A stretch of DNA of 63,612 nucleotides, counting the filler, from Octopus bimaculoides (taxonomy: Eukaryota): assembly GCF_001194135.2 (NCBI RefSeq). It is 4 parts of 3 records of this genome, joined end to end, with 100 filler letters (N's around TTAATTAATTAA, not from the genome) between each part and the next. Parts side by side here need not be neighbours in the genome. Positions count along the whole stretch, not along the records: positions 15,815 to 30,886 come from NC_068998.1; positions 30,987 to 60,888 come from NC_068989.1; 2 more parts are not named here. The stretch is one strand, 5' to 3'. Below the pieces are notes generated by a model. That model was not told the DNA's origin, did no database searches, and saw only the letters and a program-made list of their open reading frames with translations. Below, one piece after another: positions 23,736 through 36,460 of the stretch. The translations under genes were made by a program, and so were the position numbers. Positions within the stretch are counted from its first letter, which is position 1. Each line of letters opens with the position of its first letter.

Positions 23736-25289
23736 TCCTGACTTCCTCACAATTCCATCATATGATCGTCTCAGTTGAGAGGTTAGGGAATCATGAGTTG
23801 TTTTTATTTTGTTGGCGCTTTATGAGGTTCTGCTATGAAATGTGGTCGGTTCTGGAACCCAGAGTGCATCAGAGGTGGTTCAGGATATAAAGAATGTTGT
23901 CAGTCCTGAGCTGTGATTCATCAGTTGAACACTGCTTGATTTGGTCGGTGTAATGACGGTTAAAATGTATCACAGTACGGAGTTAGGATTGTCTATGAGC
24001 ATCTATGTGTATGTATATAAACACGAAATATCAATCGTAGACTCAGAAACATTTTCACATTTTAACATTAGAAAACTTGTTAATATGATTTATTTGGATC
24101 GCCTAACATCGTGATGCAAGGTTTTCTGACGTTCACCTACTAGACATTTTACAATATTTCAACAAATGCTTTTATTTATGGCGATATAAACGTATACATA
24201 TAAATGTAACACAAGCGAAACTATTGATTAGCTTAATTTAGTTTAACGTCGTTAAGCCTTATATCATACAGTTAGACATACCAAACAATGAAACGGTTTT
24301 CTGGTAGAAATGTACTTTACATTTAGCCAACTGAAATCACGACCAAATAAACTGTCAGACAGTCAGTAATTTATATAATGTGATGGAAATGTATTATTTG
24401 TTTTATTCTCAAGATATTTGTTGACAGCTGATATTTGACAGCATATCTGTGTCGGTTGTACTGCTGCATAAATAAACACCGAAGGCTGCATTCAGATACG
24501 TAACGCCCGATCGTCTGCCATAAAATAACTCACATGCACATTCAGAATTTGGCCAAAATGTACATTGTTTCCTCTTTATCTTTTCTACTGCTACCGTGCG
24601 AATCTGTACGTCCAGTCCTCTGCTTGCGAAGGAATGTTGCTATCATATCTGAGACAGTGTTCCTGCTGTTGCTGCCGCTGCTGCTGCACATAGTAACATT
24701 CTTGACCACTCCAGAGAAGTGACACCTGACCGACTGTTTATTAAGTCACTGAAAGATATACCTCATGCCTGTGAAGAACATCATACTGTCTTTTCTCTCT
24801 GCTTTTGAAATGACTATGATAATGACTCCTTCTCTTCGGCGCTTGCTGGACTTATGTTGCCCCCATCACCCTTGTATGCAACCTCTACACTCGACAATAA
24901 GTACTGCTTATACTCCTTTCTGACCCTTGGAATTCCCTAGGGTATACAAGTTGTGAGAACTTCTCTTGAATATTGTGTAAAATTGATCAGCTTCGGTACG
25001 GCCAACGCCACACCGCAGAAGATATGGTCTTTAGTGCAAAGGCGGTAGATTCTTTAAACACAGATATATACATAAATTATTAGGACATCTTCAGAGAAAA
25101 GCATGCCATCTTCAAACAGACCATATTTTCATACATCTCCCACGTAATGTGTCAGATGGCAGAACTCAAAGTGCTGATATCGGAAATGGCTATCAGATAG
25201 TAATAAGGATAATTCTGTTAAAGCTGAAGTTTAAAGGAAATAAATGAAGGTTTACTAGCTTTAGCACGGGAAAGTTGAAAGATGATGGA

Positions 25290-25830
25290 AGGAAAGATAC
25301 ATTTGTAGTTGAATCTATTTGTAATTGAAATCTATTTGTAGTGTTTGAAGCTCAACATGATATAGAAATCAATGATACATGGAAGAACATACCGGAAGTA
25401 AACCGGATTATAGACAACGGTGTTCTGTTGAGAGGAATTATGGAAAGAAGGAAATGGATTCCGGATGAAACATAGGAAATTATTGAACTACGAAAGGAAC
25501 AAAGACAGATTGTTGAAGGCTTGAGAAAGAGAGATAATGCGTTGGAAGTTAAAATGGAAATAGTTAAATACTGTAGTGTGAACACAGAGGTGAAACGTCT
25601 TTAAAGAAGACATAAAGAGGAGACATAAAAAATTATCTGACGAAGCAGACAAATTACGCAATGAAGGAGGCTGTGCAGGAGATAGAAAATTTTACGAAAT
25701 AATAAATTAGGTCACAGATAACGAGTGTAAGATGGCTAATTGCGTTTAACATTGATGGGAAACTAATAAAATCCGATATAAACACCCAAGACAGATGGAT
25801 GGAACAATTTAATGAACAAGTTGCTTCCTA
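25290..25830 (+). mobile_element. Highly decayed RTE-like LINE, EN-RT linker region
   Basis: INDTWKNI..RRKWIPDET*EIIELRK..YCSVNTEVKR..QDRWMEQF. Confidence 0.5.
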
Positions 25831-26739
25831 GAACAAAATGCTACGATAATTCTTGAGTTTACAAATGGAATTGGAAGTAGCTGCCGATGAAGTAAACTGT
25901 TGAAAAATAGTAAATGATATTGAGCGATTTAAAAATATGTTGACGATTATCGTGCATTAAACGGAATTGATGGACGTAGAACAGCTAAGTATATATAACT
26001 GCAAAAATATTATTGAAGTTGTTTCATAGTATATGGATGACTTAGCAACTATTTGACAATTGGAGGGTTGATGGAGACCTTTGGAACGAAGTGTCCAAAA
26101 GCTAGAGGATCCGGGCAGTAGGAATAATAAGTGAATAATAATTGAATTCAGAGTCTAGGATTACAAAAACTGGAGAACTCAAGGGGCTAGGAGACTAAAA
26201 GCCGGAGACATCAGGGACTAGAAATTGAAATCCTGAAAACCTTGGAGTTTCTGGCAAATGGGGGACTATAAAACCCTAAGCATTATACTGTTGAATGCTC
26301 TCTTTCTTCATTATTTTTAAAATTTAATTATGCATCATATGCACCAAGCAGACAGCAACACACTTCTGTCTTATACAACACTACACCGAAGTTAGACAGC
26401 ATTTGATGATAACATTTGTAAGCTTCGATAAAGCTTGTGAGAGTATACATAGCATTGCAGTTTATGGCTTATTTTATAATTAGTGTTTATTATAAACATT
26501 TGTTAATCCTCTAAGTGCAATGAGGAAGTAATTGTTCAGTAATCGCTGTGAAACTAAACGAATATCTGTAGGGAGAGTAGGTAAGGTCCATTTTTCAATG
26601 AACTATGCTCCTCATCCAACATTTTCAATGTGATCTCGTTAAACTCGCCTTTTTTTTCTTTACTGTTTCTCATTATCTTCCTGTAACGGTATATTTCTTC
26701 TGTTAACGTTTCTTCTCTTTTGATATTTGCAAGGGAATG

Positions 26740-26960
26740 AGATGACAAACGAGGATGTGCTAATGGATGCCACCGACCTCGGTGCGTGGAATTTGGCAGA
26801 GGTAACTATGCAATATTAGTCATGAGAAAGGGAGAGATAATCAACAACGAACGCATCCAATTACCAGATGGGCAGACAATAAAAATCATTGAAAGGATGA
26901 GAGAGTTTTGAGTATCTAGGTATATTAGAATCTCACAGAGTACTAACTATAAAAATATAA
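26740..26960 (+). mobile_element. R4/Dong-like RT fragment
   Basis: MRKGEIINNERIQLPDGQTIKII..FEYLGILE. Confidence 0.6.
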
Positions 26961-27904
26961 ACGAAAAGGATGAAAGCCAAAGTTGATCTTGAGAGATTTA
27001 ACAATATACAATCCCGGACCTCTTACCCGGTTTCTAGAGATCCACAATTTCTAGAATTCTGTGAATAGCGTGGAATACTATAACCTGTATTGAGTTAAGA
27101 GCTCTTATATTTTGAAGTTGGTTAATTTGCATATGATGCGTTAAAAACGGTTTTATACTTTGCTTTTTAAAATCGATTGATAAAGATTAAAAATACACTG
27201 TTTTAGAATGGTATTTGTACCTGTATCTGTTAAATAAAATCGTGTTCTTTACTTCGTTTAATTTTTAAAACATATCATGTATACAGGTAACTGCACACAT
27301 GGTGCAGTATGAAATATTTTAAGTATAAATATTAAACAGACCCTATTTCAGAAATGTATTCATTTGAATCTGTTAAATAGAGTTTAACTTTATATTTTAC
27401 ATAGTTTATTGTATATATTAAGCATATATTTAGACTATTTAATGAAAAGCGGAAAATCCGATACAATTCCAGCCCAAAGATTGTCGGATAATTAGTAATT
27501 TGATCAATGAATTTGCAGATATTTATAAAAAGGATGCAACGAAGATACATGCAGTGAAAATTTGCTTTAATGAAAAGTGACCGTTTCTCAAAGTGAAACT
27601 ATGACATGTCGTGCGAAATGGGATTAGCGCCAAATTTATATAAAACTACTTTCACGGAATAAGCTGTAATATGAAATGCAAATAGATCACGTGTTTAGAC
27701 GTTAGGTCAATTTATATATGCAAACCTACAATCATTCCGAAATTCGAACCACATCTGTTCTCAGGTGGTTCCGATAAAGGATAAGTAATTTTGAAAAAGG
27801 ATTAGTAATTCAACACAAGGATCACGTAGAAATCCTGTCAGACGTTTACTATGAACTACATTATTTCCAATTTTTAAATATTTCTTGTCTTACGAAACTA
27901 TTTC

Positions 27905-28253
27905 AGGCGGCAGATTCATATCATCGTTAAAGCGCAGGAGAAAACACTTGTGACAATTAGTTCAGCTTTGCAGTTTGTGTGAAAAGAAACGAGAAGAAAT
28001 CTATGCGATTTACTCTCTCGAAGTTGATCTATCGAAGTATTTACTGAAAAGCGGAAAGTCCTCAAATCCGCTACAATTCCAGATAATTTTATCCGAGGAC
28101 GTTCCACCTTTCAGTAAATGCTTCAATTTAACAACTTCGGGAGAGTAAATGGCAACGGTTTCTTAGTCCTTCTTTTGACGCAAACTGCAAAGCTGAAATA
28201 ACTGTTACAAGCATTTTCTCCTGCGCTGTAACGATGATATGAAACTGCCGCCT
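27905..28253. mobile_element. Foldback/MITE-like element: 159-bp inverted arms, 31-bp spacer
   Basis: 27905-28063 pairs with 28095-28253 (about 80% by eye); flanks TTCA|GGCGGCAG...CTGCCGCC|TTAA. Confidence 0.85.
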
Positions 28254-28769
28254 TAAATTTTATGGCACAAGGCAATCATTCCTCCAACTTTTCATAAATA
28301 TACCTTAAACCGATGTCTGATTCCTCAGTAATAAATTTAAATCCCGTCTGGCTTGTATTCTAGTAGTAATTGCGTTCGGTTCACATTCATGGAATGGTGT
28401 GTTCACTTCCTGAGAGAAATATTGCGTGCGAGCATTGAGCAAGGCCCTTTATTTCATGCTTCTTCATCCAGTAAGCTACATATGTATACAACACAAAATC
28501 TGGTTTAACCCATTTTCTTCACGAAGCTGTCGTATCCTAGATGGCCCACTGCGTCAAACAGTGAAACACGTGAACGTATATCCATATCTTTTAGCGATAC
28601 ATCATCATCTAAAACACATCGCGATAACATGGCACAGATATCAGACTATACTCGCTTGCAACTGAAGGCTTTTCAATTTAAAGTAAATTAGATTTGCAAA
28701 CCTTATGGCATACACGACACCCCCCATACATACATACATGCATACATACATACATACATACCTTTTCAA

Positions 28770-28970
28770 CCGTTATTCCTTACACATTTTTTCTCTCTCC
28801 ATTGTTTTTTAATTTTTTACGTCTCCATCATTTCTGTCGGAGAACGTTGGCCCGAAACATCAAAAACATTACCATTCTTCCTGCGCGTTAAACCAATACA
28901 CCTGCTTGTTGTTCCTTCCTCTCTCTTGAACTTTTCTTTTGTTTACTGTAATTTTGGACTACATATATAT
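28770..28970 (+). mobile_element. Short PLE pLTR-like repeat with a degenerate hammerhead-like motif (28831-28864)
   Basis: TTT CTGTCGG A GAAC GTTG GCCC GAA ACAT C AAA; downstream TTCCTGCGCGTTAAACCAATACACCTG matches the 15910 copy; ends at (TA)n. Confidence 0.55.
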
Positions 28971-28980
28971 AATTCATATA

Positions 28981-29073
<93 letters not shown>

Positions 29074-29409
29074 TCTGCATGTCCATACTTTTTTCTGATC
29101 TTATTTTCGCTACACCCTGTCTTTACAAATGAAAAACTGCTGTATTTTTCTACATCTCATCCATTTTTATGTTATAAGACGGTAGATAGACGAATTGATA
29201 GGTTTTTATGCAAAGTAAGAAGTCCCAAAAGTAAGGTCAGCTCTATTAAATGGGTTTTTTTTTAACGAGAAGCCAACTTATAGGAGGAAACGTAATGGTA
29301 GGAGGTGCGGGACGGGTTGTTAGGAAAGAAAAATGAGGAAATGAAATATAAAGAAATTAATGAAGAGGAAAAAGTAGGAAAACCGCGATATTTATGTATC
29401 GTATGTTTA

Positions 29410-29473
<64 letters not shown>

Positions 29474-30199
29474 TACACACATATATATACACACACAGAC
29501 ACACAGACACACAAACGCATATATATATATATATGCGTAATGCATTTTCTCTCTCCACTGAATTTATTCGGTGTATGAACATTGCATTTACAAATTGCAA
29601 ATTGGACAGGCAGCGGAATGTAAATCTAAGGACTACGTGGGTTGCAGTGATTTTGCCGGTCAATTTGGTCAACAACGTTTGACTATAATAGAGTGCTTAA
29701 AAACTATTCGCCTGGAATTTTATAGAAACCATATCTATCTGTACTTACACGCATACGCACATGCACAAGCGCACACCCCCCACACACAGCGCGTAATTCA
29801 GAAGAACGGTAACAAAATTAACTATTTAAAATGAGAATATAACAGTTGGAACAATGGAGGAAGAAGTCTCCTAACGCACCGTTTCAGAATTTGTGGACCA
29901 CTTAGATCATATGGATCCAGCTACATTCCCAAATCAAAAGTCTCATTTAGCTAAATGCAAACCCATTATGTGTTAGATTAGCACAAAGTTGCTTGCTTGT
30001 CTCTTTAATGGCATTCTTTCTGTGTTTTGTGTATGCAGAAATATTGGGAGTTCTCTGACGGACATAGAACAGCTGCAACACACACACACACACACACGCA
30101 CATCTTTATGTATATCAATCTATCTATATATCTGTCTCTCTATGTATGTGTGTCCCAGTTTACTTGAGTGTGTGAGAATATAAATACATCGATATGTTT

Positions 30200-30360
30200 G
30201 TGGCGTGGCTGTGTGGTAAGAAGCTTGCTTCCCAACCACATACTTCTGGGTTCAGGCCTTCTACGTGGCTCCTTGTGCAAGTGTCTTCTACTATAGACGT
30301 CACCAACCAAAGCCTTGTGAGTGGATCTGGTAGAAGGAAACTGAAAGAAGTCCATCGTGT
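30200..30360 (+). mobile_element. SINE family A head half
   Basis: GGCGTGGCTGTGTGGTAAGAAGCTTGCTTCCCAACCACAT. Confidence 0.85.
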
Positions 30361-30830
30361 ATATATATGGATGTGGTTAAACAGATGAAGAGTAATGGCT
30401 AGAAGAGTACTGGGTGAAGGCTAATAACCAATTGAGCAAGCAGCTGGGGCCTCATATCAGTGAGTAGGGGGCGGTGTACATTTCCCCCTGAAGCTCCTAT
30501 AAGCCAGCTAATGTCCAGTATGCGGAGCGTTCAACTGGTAGCACTTATATTTGCGAATTGTTTGTAAATAACATAAATGCTTAAAAGAGTCAATGGTATT
30601 GGGTGTGTATATCTGTGTGTGACTGAATGTATTCTTTTATATTTATGCGTGTATATAATCCGGTGAGGTTAGGCATGGCTTAAAGGCGTCAGCTAACCAA
30701 ATTCGATTATTTATATCCTACCTTAGGTATCGAGGAATTTTATATTGTTTCCTATAATTCATAGATGCCCAAAGACAAAGACACATGCATCCACATGCAC
30801 AGACATTATTTATGCATCTGTTCATACACA

Positions 30831-30886
<56 letters not shown>

Positions 30887-31933
30887 NNNNNNNNNNNNNN
30901 NNNNNNNNNNNNNNNNNNNNNNNNNNNNNNTTAATTAATTAANNNNNNNNNNNNNNNNNNNNNNNNNNNNNNNNNNNNNNNNNNNNTATATATATATATA
31001 TATCTTTGTGATGATGGAAAACGAATACGATGGAATACAACGACAGCTGCACCAACGGTAGACTGCATTTAACTTGTGATACGAAATAAGAAATCAAATG
31101 TAACATGAATAAATGAATTAATATAGATCTGAAGAATTCGATTCGCACTTCCTAATAAAAGAAATCCTTTCAGAGACCGGATATCTATAAAAGTGTTTAG
31201 CAAAGTAAACAAAAAAAATATCGGTTTCATTCATAGAAAATCACTTTTAAAATTGCTTGTGTGCAGATGTCTTTCACAAAGAATCTTTCACTCTGAAAGA
31301 CAGCTGGTTGCAATTATTCTACAATATCTGACAATTTACCAAGTTCTGTTTTGATTGGTCGATTTATTTGGTATTATGTAGTTTATGTCCAAGATTACTT
31401 GAATCGCAATTTTCGTTGCTCTTCATCGCTGATATTTAGTTTTCGACATCGGAAATATTCCCCTCAAAACAGCAGAAATAACATAGCATCGAAGATATTA
31501 TTACATCTAAAAACAGTCATGAAAGTCATGTATTTCAACTCTATTTTTGTTTTGAGTTTTGCTAAAGAGCCTCAAGATACCCATAACAAACCATTAAACT
31601 ATGTTATGCTTATATCTAAATTCAGTCTGAGTGATTGATTTGGAGCATAGTTTTTTAAGCTGCTGAAATGTCTATTTCTCTGCAACAACATAGATATTTT
31701 TGTGGAATAAGATTGTCTTGACACGTTATTTACCCATTAACAGATATGGTTCTTCACTGAGTATTAAGTAGAAATGTTAACGGTTTTGAATTGTACATGA
31801 AAGTGTGAGAATAAAGGACAAAAGCATTTTGTCTGAGATAAAATTTTCTGTGTAAACTCTATATTTGAAATTCCCTTGATTAATAAACAACATTGATAGC
31901 CCAAGTTTAGTATGAGGTTTCCATGCAGTAAAG

Positions 31934-31997
<64 letters not shown>

Positions 31998-33994
31998 ATT
32001 CTCTCTCTCCCTTTACGAACTCGAATACATGCAGCATCTGCATATGTGAACATCTGCTTTAATCATTGCTAGAACACCATTTGTTGCGTATCTTTTCCTT
32101 TTAATTAAGCACCTGTCTTTTTTTACAGAGAATCTATCATCTTTCTTTTATCCTGCAGACGAATGGCTGTTAGTGTTGTCATCGTCTCCTTAGGTTAATA
32201 TATCCTTGAGCAAGGCAATTCCTCAGTATCTTAGGTTGTTTCTGATGTGTATGTATATTCTTAATTTTTCCACGATATTTCCTAACGCTGGAAAAAATGT
32301 TTGCTGTATGAAAATTCAGAAGTAGTAATGATTTTTTCTCTCTCACACTCTCTCATCATTCTCTCTTTGTCTCTATATCTCTCTATATGTTTGGATGTGT
32401 CAGTAACTGTGCACCAGTATAATGTGTTGGGGTGCATATATTTCTTAAAATGATAAAAGAGAGATTATGAGGAAAGGCCATCCACACACACATATATAAG
32501 CAATAAAGAAAGACTTATGTTGCATAATACAACAATGTAAATTCTGCATTTATAGAAATCGTCTAAATTTCGAGAGTAAAATGAACAAACACTGGCTGAC
32601 AATTACGAAGAAAACCGTATGATAAGATAGACCTATGAATCAAGTTTTCCTAAAATTGACATGCCATTTAGCAAGGTTTATTTGAGAAATGTTTCTGGTT
32701 GAGGGCAGCAATTCAATTTTAAATCTAGTGAATGAAATAATTAAAAGTACACAAATAAGATGAGACAACTATTACCTAGCGTAATTTACATAAGCTAAAA
32801 GAAAATTCGTAGAGTGAAATGACTCTGAGTAGCTAAGACAATGAAGAATAAATACAAATAAAGTTGTTTCAAATAACAGAATATCTTCAATAAGCTTCCG
32901 ATAAAACCATATACGTATAATAAGCCCTAATTTGTAATGCAAACATTTCCTACCATACTTTGATAGTGGAATAATGAGATGGTTCATCTAAGTGTTAATT
33001 ACGTGTCAAGCGTAATACATTACATAGTTAGCAGTCCTGGTTCCGTTATCAGTATCATTGTACATACAGCTGCACACACACACGCACACAAATACACACA
33101 CTTTTTCACACATACGGATACGATTGTGTGCGTCTGTAGAGAGGTACGTGTGTGTATCAATGTATATCATTACTAGTATGTCTGCAAAAGTCGCTATGAG
33201 TACACACCTCATATTGTATAACAGGCTATTAAATCTCTTAATATGCGATATCATTAGTCAATAAGTGTTTCTATATAAAATGTTTTAGTTTCCCATTACT
33301 AATTTTCGCTCACAAAATTGTTTCCTGGTGATTACCGTATCCATGATATTTATTTATCTGTTGTGTGTGATTTCTTCTGTTTCTTTTCATATAAATATTA
33401 CTTCCTTACAGAAAATGCAAACAAGCTATTTCGCAATAGGTATCCATCTAATATTTAACATTTAACATGAGTAATAAAATATCTGTAAATCCTAAATTAT
33501 GATTTCTTTCTATATGGTGATTTTGTGTTTCCGTCTTGCATTAAAAATTTCTGTTTTAACATTCCGTCTCAAACCTGAAGATGAAATAATGAATTTTATG
33601 TTTATAGGATTTAGAGTCAGTAAACTTTAAATGAGAAACCTATCGTACGCAATTAAAAAAGACATTAAATCAAAATTTAGCAAACGATTTCTTATGCATT
33701 ATTTTATCAGATATCATAAATTTTGAAACTGCTTCATATAGGCATGTAGTCATGACATTTAAGCAATTCAAAGTTTTGGAAATGGTTCAGTACGTCCCAT
33801 AATATAGAGGACCAAATAATATATATTCTTCATATTCGATATCAAACACATAATTGAGATATTATGTTTTATGTTTGTATGTATGTGTGTGTGCATATGT
33901 CTGTGCGTGCACGTGCATATGTAGGTATATGTATATATATATGCACGTACATATATATATGTATTCACACATATATAATATATGTAAATCGTGG

Positions 33995-34270
33995 AAGCAC
34001 ATGTCCTAGTGATTTGAGCAGCGGTCGAGGGATCGCGGGTTCGAATCTCGGAGCGGGCGTTGTGTGTGGTTATGAGCTAAACACCTAAGCTACACGCGGC
34101 TCCGGCATAAGTCAATAGCGAACTTCTGCTGACTCTCTCGCCACAACTTTCTTTCACTGTTTCCTCCTGCATTTGACAGCTCACCTCTGAACGCCCGGTG
34201 TTCCGTCGAGGTGGGGAACTTTTACGCCAATGAAACCGGGAGAACGACCCTTATGAGCCAGGCACGGGAA
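33995..34270 (+). mobile_element. tRNA-derived SINE related to family D
   Basis: TAGTGATTTGAGC / GGGTTCGAATCTCGG head; AAACACCTAAGCTACACG..CTCCGGC..CCACAACTTTCT resembles the reverse complement of 42860-42990. Confidence 0.65.
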
Positions 34271-34322
34271 GAAACAAAGAAAAACATATACAAATTACAA
34301 TATGTGTGATTATTGACTAACT

Positions 34323-34915
34323 CATACACTTCCACAATTGCCAACTGATTTTCACCAAACTCTAAACACGTTACCTATGTCCCAAGGAGAATCATGCAAT
34401 ATAACATTTTGTCTAGAACTCCCGTGTAAATGGAGAAAGCGGGAAAAGAATGTGGTTTACACGGGTTTTTCTCTAATTCGTTGTAGGTACATAGTTTTTT
34501 TGTATGTAGAGTCTTCTACCCTTTTTGAATCAATATGGTCGTATGTTGGTATTAGAGAATATATTTTCGTGGTTTTCACATTGTTTTGATTTATTGTCTA
34601 GTATATATAAATCACATTATTTGTGTGTAATGTCTAACGCATACATTTCCACAATTCTAAACCGATTTTCACCAAAATTTACACACGCATTTCTTAAGTC
34701 CTACGGATGGTCATGCACTATAACATTTTCCCAGAACCCTCGCGTAAAAGCACAAACTGGGGAAAACGGTGGTTAACACTGGTTTTTATCTAATTCGTAC
34801 TATGTACATATTTTTCTGTGTAGGCTCTACCATACTTTTTAGTCTATATTGTCGTATATACGCATTAGAGAATATTTTTTAGTGGTTTTCTCATTTTGTG
34901 ATTTATTATTTATTT
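34323..34915. repeat. Two diverged tandem units (period about 317 bp), possibly Helentron/HINE-like
   Basis: Both units start CATACA.TTCCACAATT...C.GATTTTCACCAAA and align along about 270 bp. Confidence 0.7.
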
Positions 34916-35823
34916 ATATGCTGTAACTGCGTATTATCACTTGGTTAGAGAATATAATAAAAGTGAAAGGATTTTTCTATTTATCTATTTGACTCTCCAC
35001 CAGCGGCGGTGCTTATACTGACTAGGCACACTGTATGCGATGGATATCCGATATGAAACAATCTTAGTCTCCTTATTAAAACTGTATTAAACTATGGCAA
35101 GCTTACATTTACCTATTCTAAATTACTTGAAATGTGATGTCCCTTCCCCTCTCTTTTATCTGCTGCTACCTTTATTTACCTATGAATGAGTTGTTTCAAT
35201 TTAAGGCTGCTTATTTATCCACCCATTACGATCTTTCGATCGCGACATCTTTTCACTGAGAACTGCTAAAGATTCAAAGTAGTATTCGTGAACTGATGTT
35301 AAACTCTTGATGCCTTCATTTTTCGTTAACTAAAGTCAGTTTCAGAGTGGTCGCACACTGTAAGCACGTAGCAAATGCATTCCTTTAGCTCTACTTTTTC
35401 AAGTAAGTATTATATTGCTAATTTTCAAATTACCAATTATAAGTCTCCCCGAACAAATACTCCTTTTGCTGTTACATATGATAAACTCAAGAGGGGAACT
35501 CCCTTTCTTACCACTTCTTACACTGAAAACAACCGTAGCTGGCAGCACCAACATCCTCCAGTCTTATTCCACATAGATATATCTAAAGTTTGTGTCGTAA
35601 TATTTTTCTTTTTGTAAATGTCGTGACATAGAATTCCTGAGCTTATTTTTTATGCTTTCGTTATCAATTGATTTCATTAAAAGTTGAATAATAATGTGGC
35701 TTTTTTGGGGTTTTTTTTTTTGGTTTTTGTCTTATTTGCGTTCGTCTATGGGAAGAATTTTCTTACTTCATTTTAACCGCTTTCGGATTGCCTTAATAAA
35801 TGTGTCTTAGCATATATTTTCGT

Positions 35824-35915
35824 ATATAGTAATTCCTCGACTATCGTAGGTGATACGTTCCCACCGCCCCCACGATAGGTGAAAATTCGCGAAGGAGAAA
35901 CAGTACTGTATATTT
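35824..35915 (+). mobile_element. Tigger/pogo-like terminal fragment
   Basis: TAGTAATTCCTCGACTATCG..CGATAGGTGAAAATTCGCGAAG; homologous to 61447-61542 on the minus strand. Confidence 0.5.
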
Positions 35916-36254
35916 TATTATTATTTTAAATGTGTCTATATTTATTTTATTATAAATTCAAAACAACACCACAGAGGAATCGACACAAGCTTAAATAATA
36001 AACGACGATATGTAAATAGTGATATGGTGAGGGATTACTCAATATTAATTTTAGTGGTACGTTATACCTTATTTTGAATGCAAATATGCTGGTAAAATCG
36101 AAACGATTGTCGGCAATATATGGCGTATTATCTGATTAAAGATGTGATTTTCTATTTTATTATATTTCTTATATACATATAAGGAAAGCTCAGGGTGAGA
36201 AACAACACATATGGAGAGAGAGGGAGAGAGAGATAAGAGGTTTTTTTTTTTGTT

Positions 36255-36460
36255 GTCTATAGGCACAAGGCCTGAAATTTCGGGTGAAGGGATAAGTCGA
36301 CTACATCGACCCCAGTGTTTAATTGGTCCTTATTTTCTCGACCCCAGAAGGATGAAGGTAAAGTCAAACTCGGTGGAATTTGAACTCAGAATTTGGCGAC
36401 GGGCGAAATACTGCTAAGTATTTTGCCCGGCGTGCTAACGGTTCTGCCAGCTCGACGCCT
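36255..36460 (-). mobile_element. SINE family C, well preserved
   Basis: CTATAGGCACAAGGCCTGAAATTT...GAATTTGAACTCAG...CTGCCAGCTCG. Confidence 0.9.

Noticed and set aside
34010-34060. tRNA-like A/B boxes here and at other SINE heads
   Set aside because: No complete cloverleaf; they continue into SINE bodies, so these are not tRNA genes
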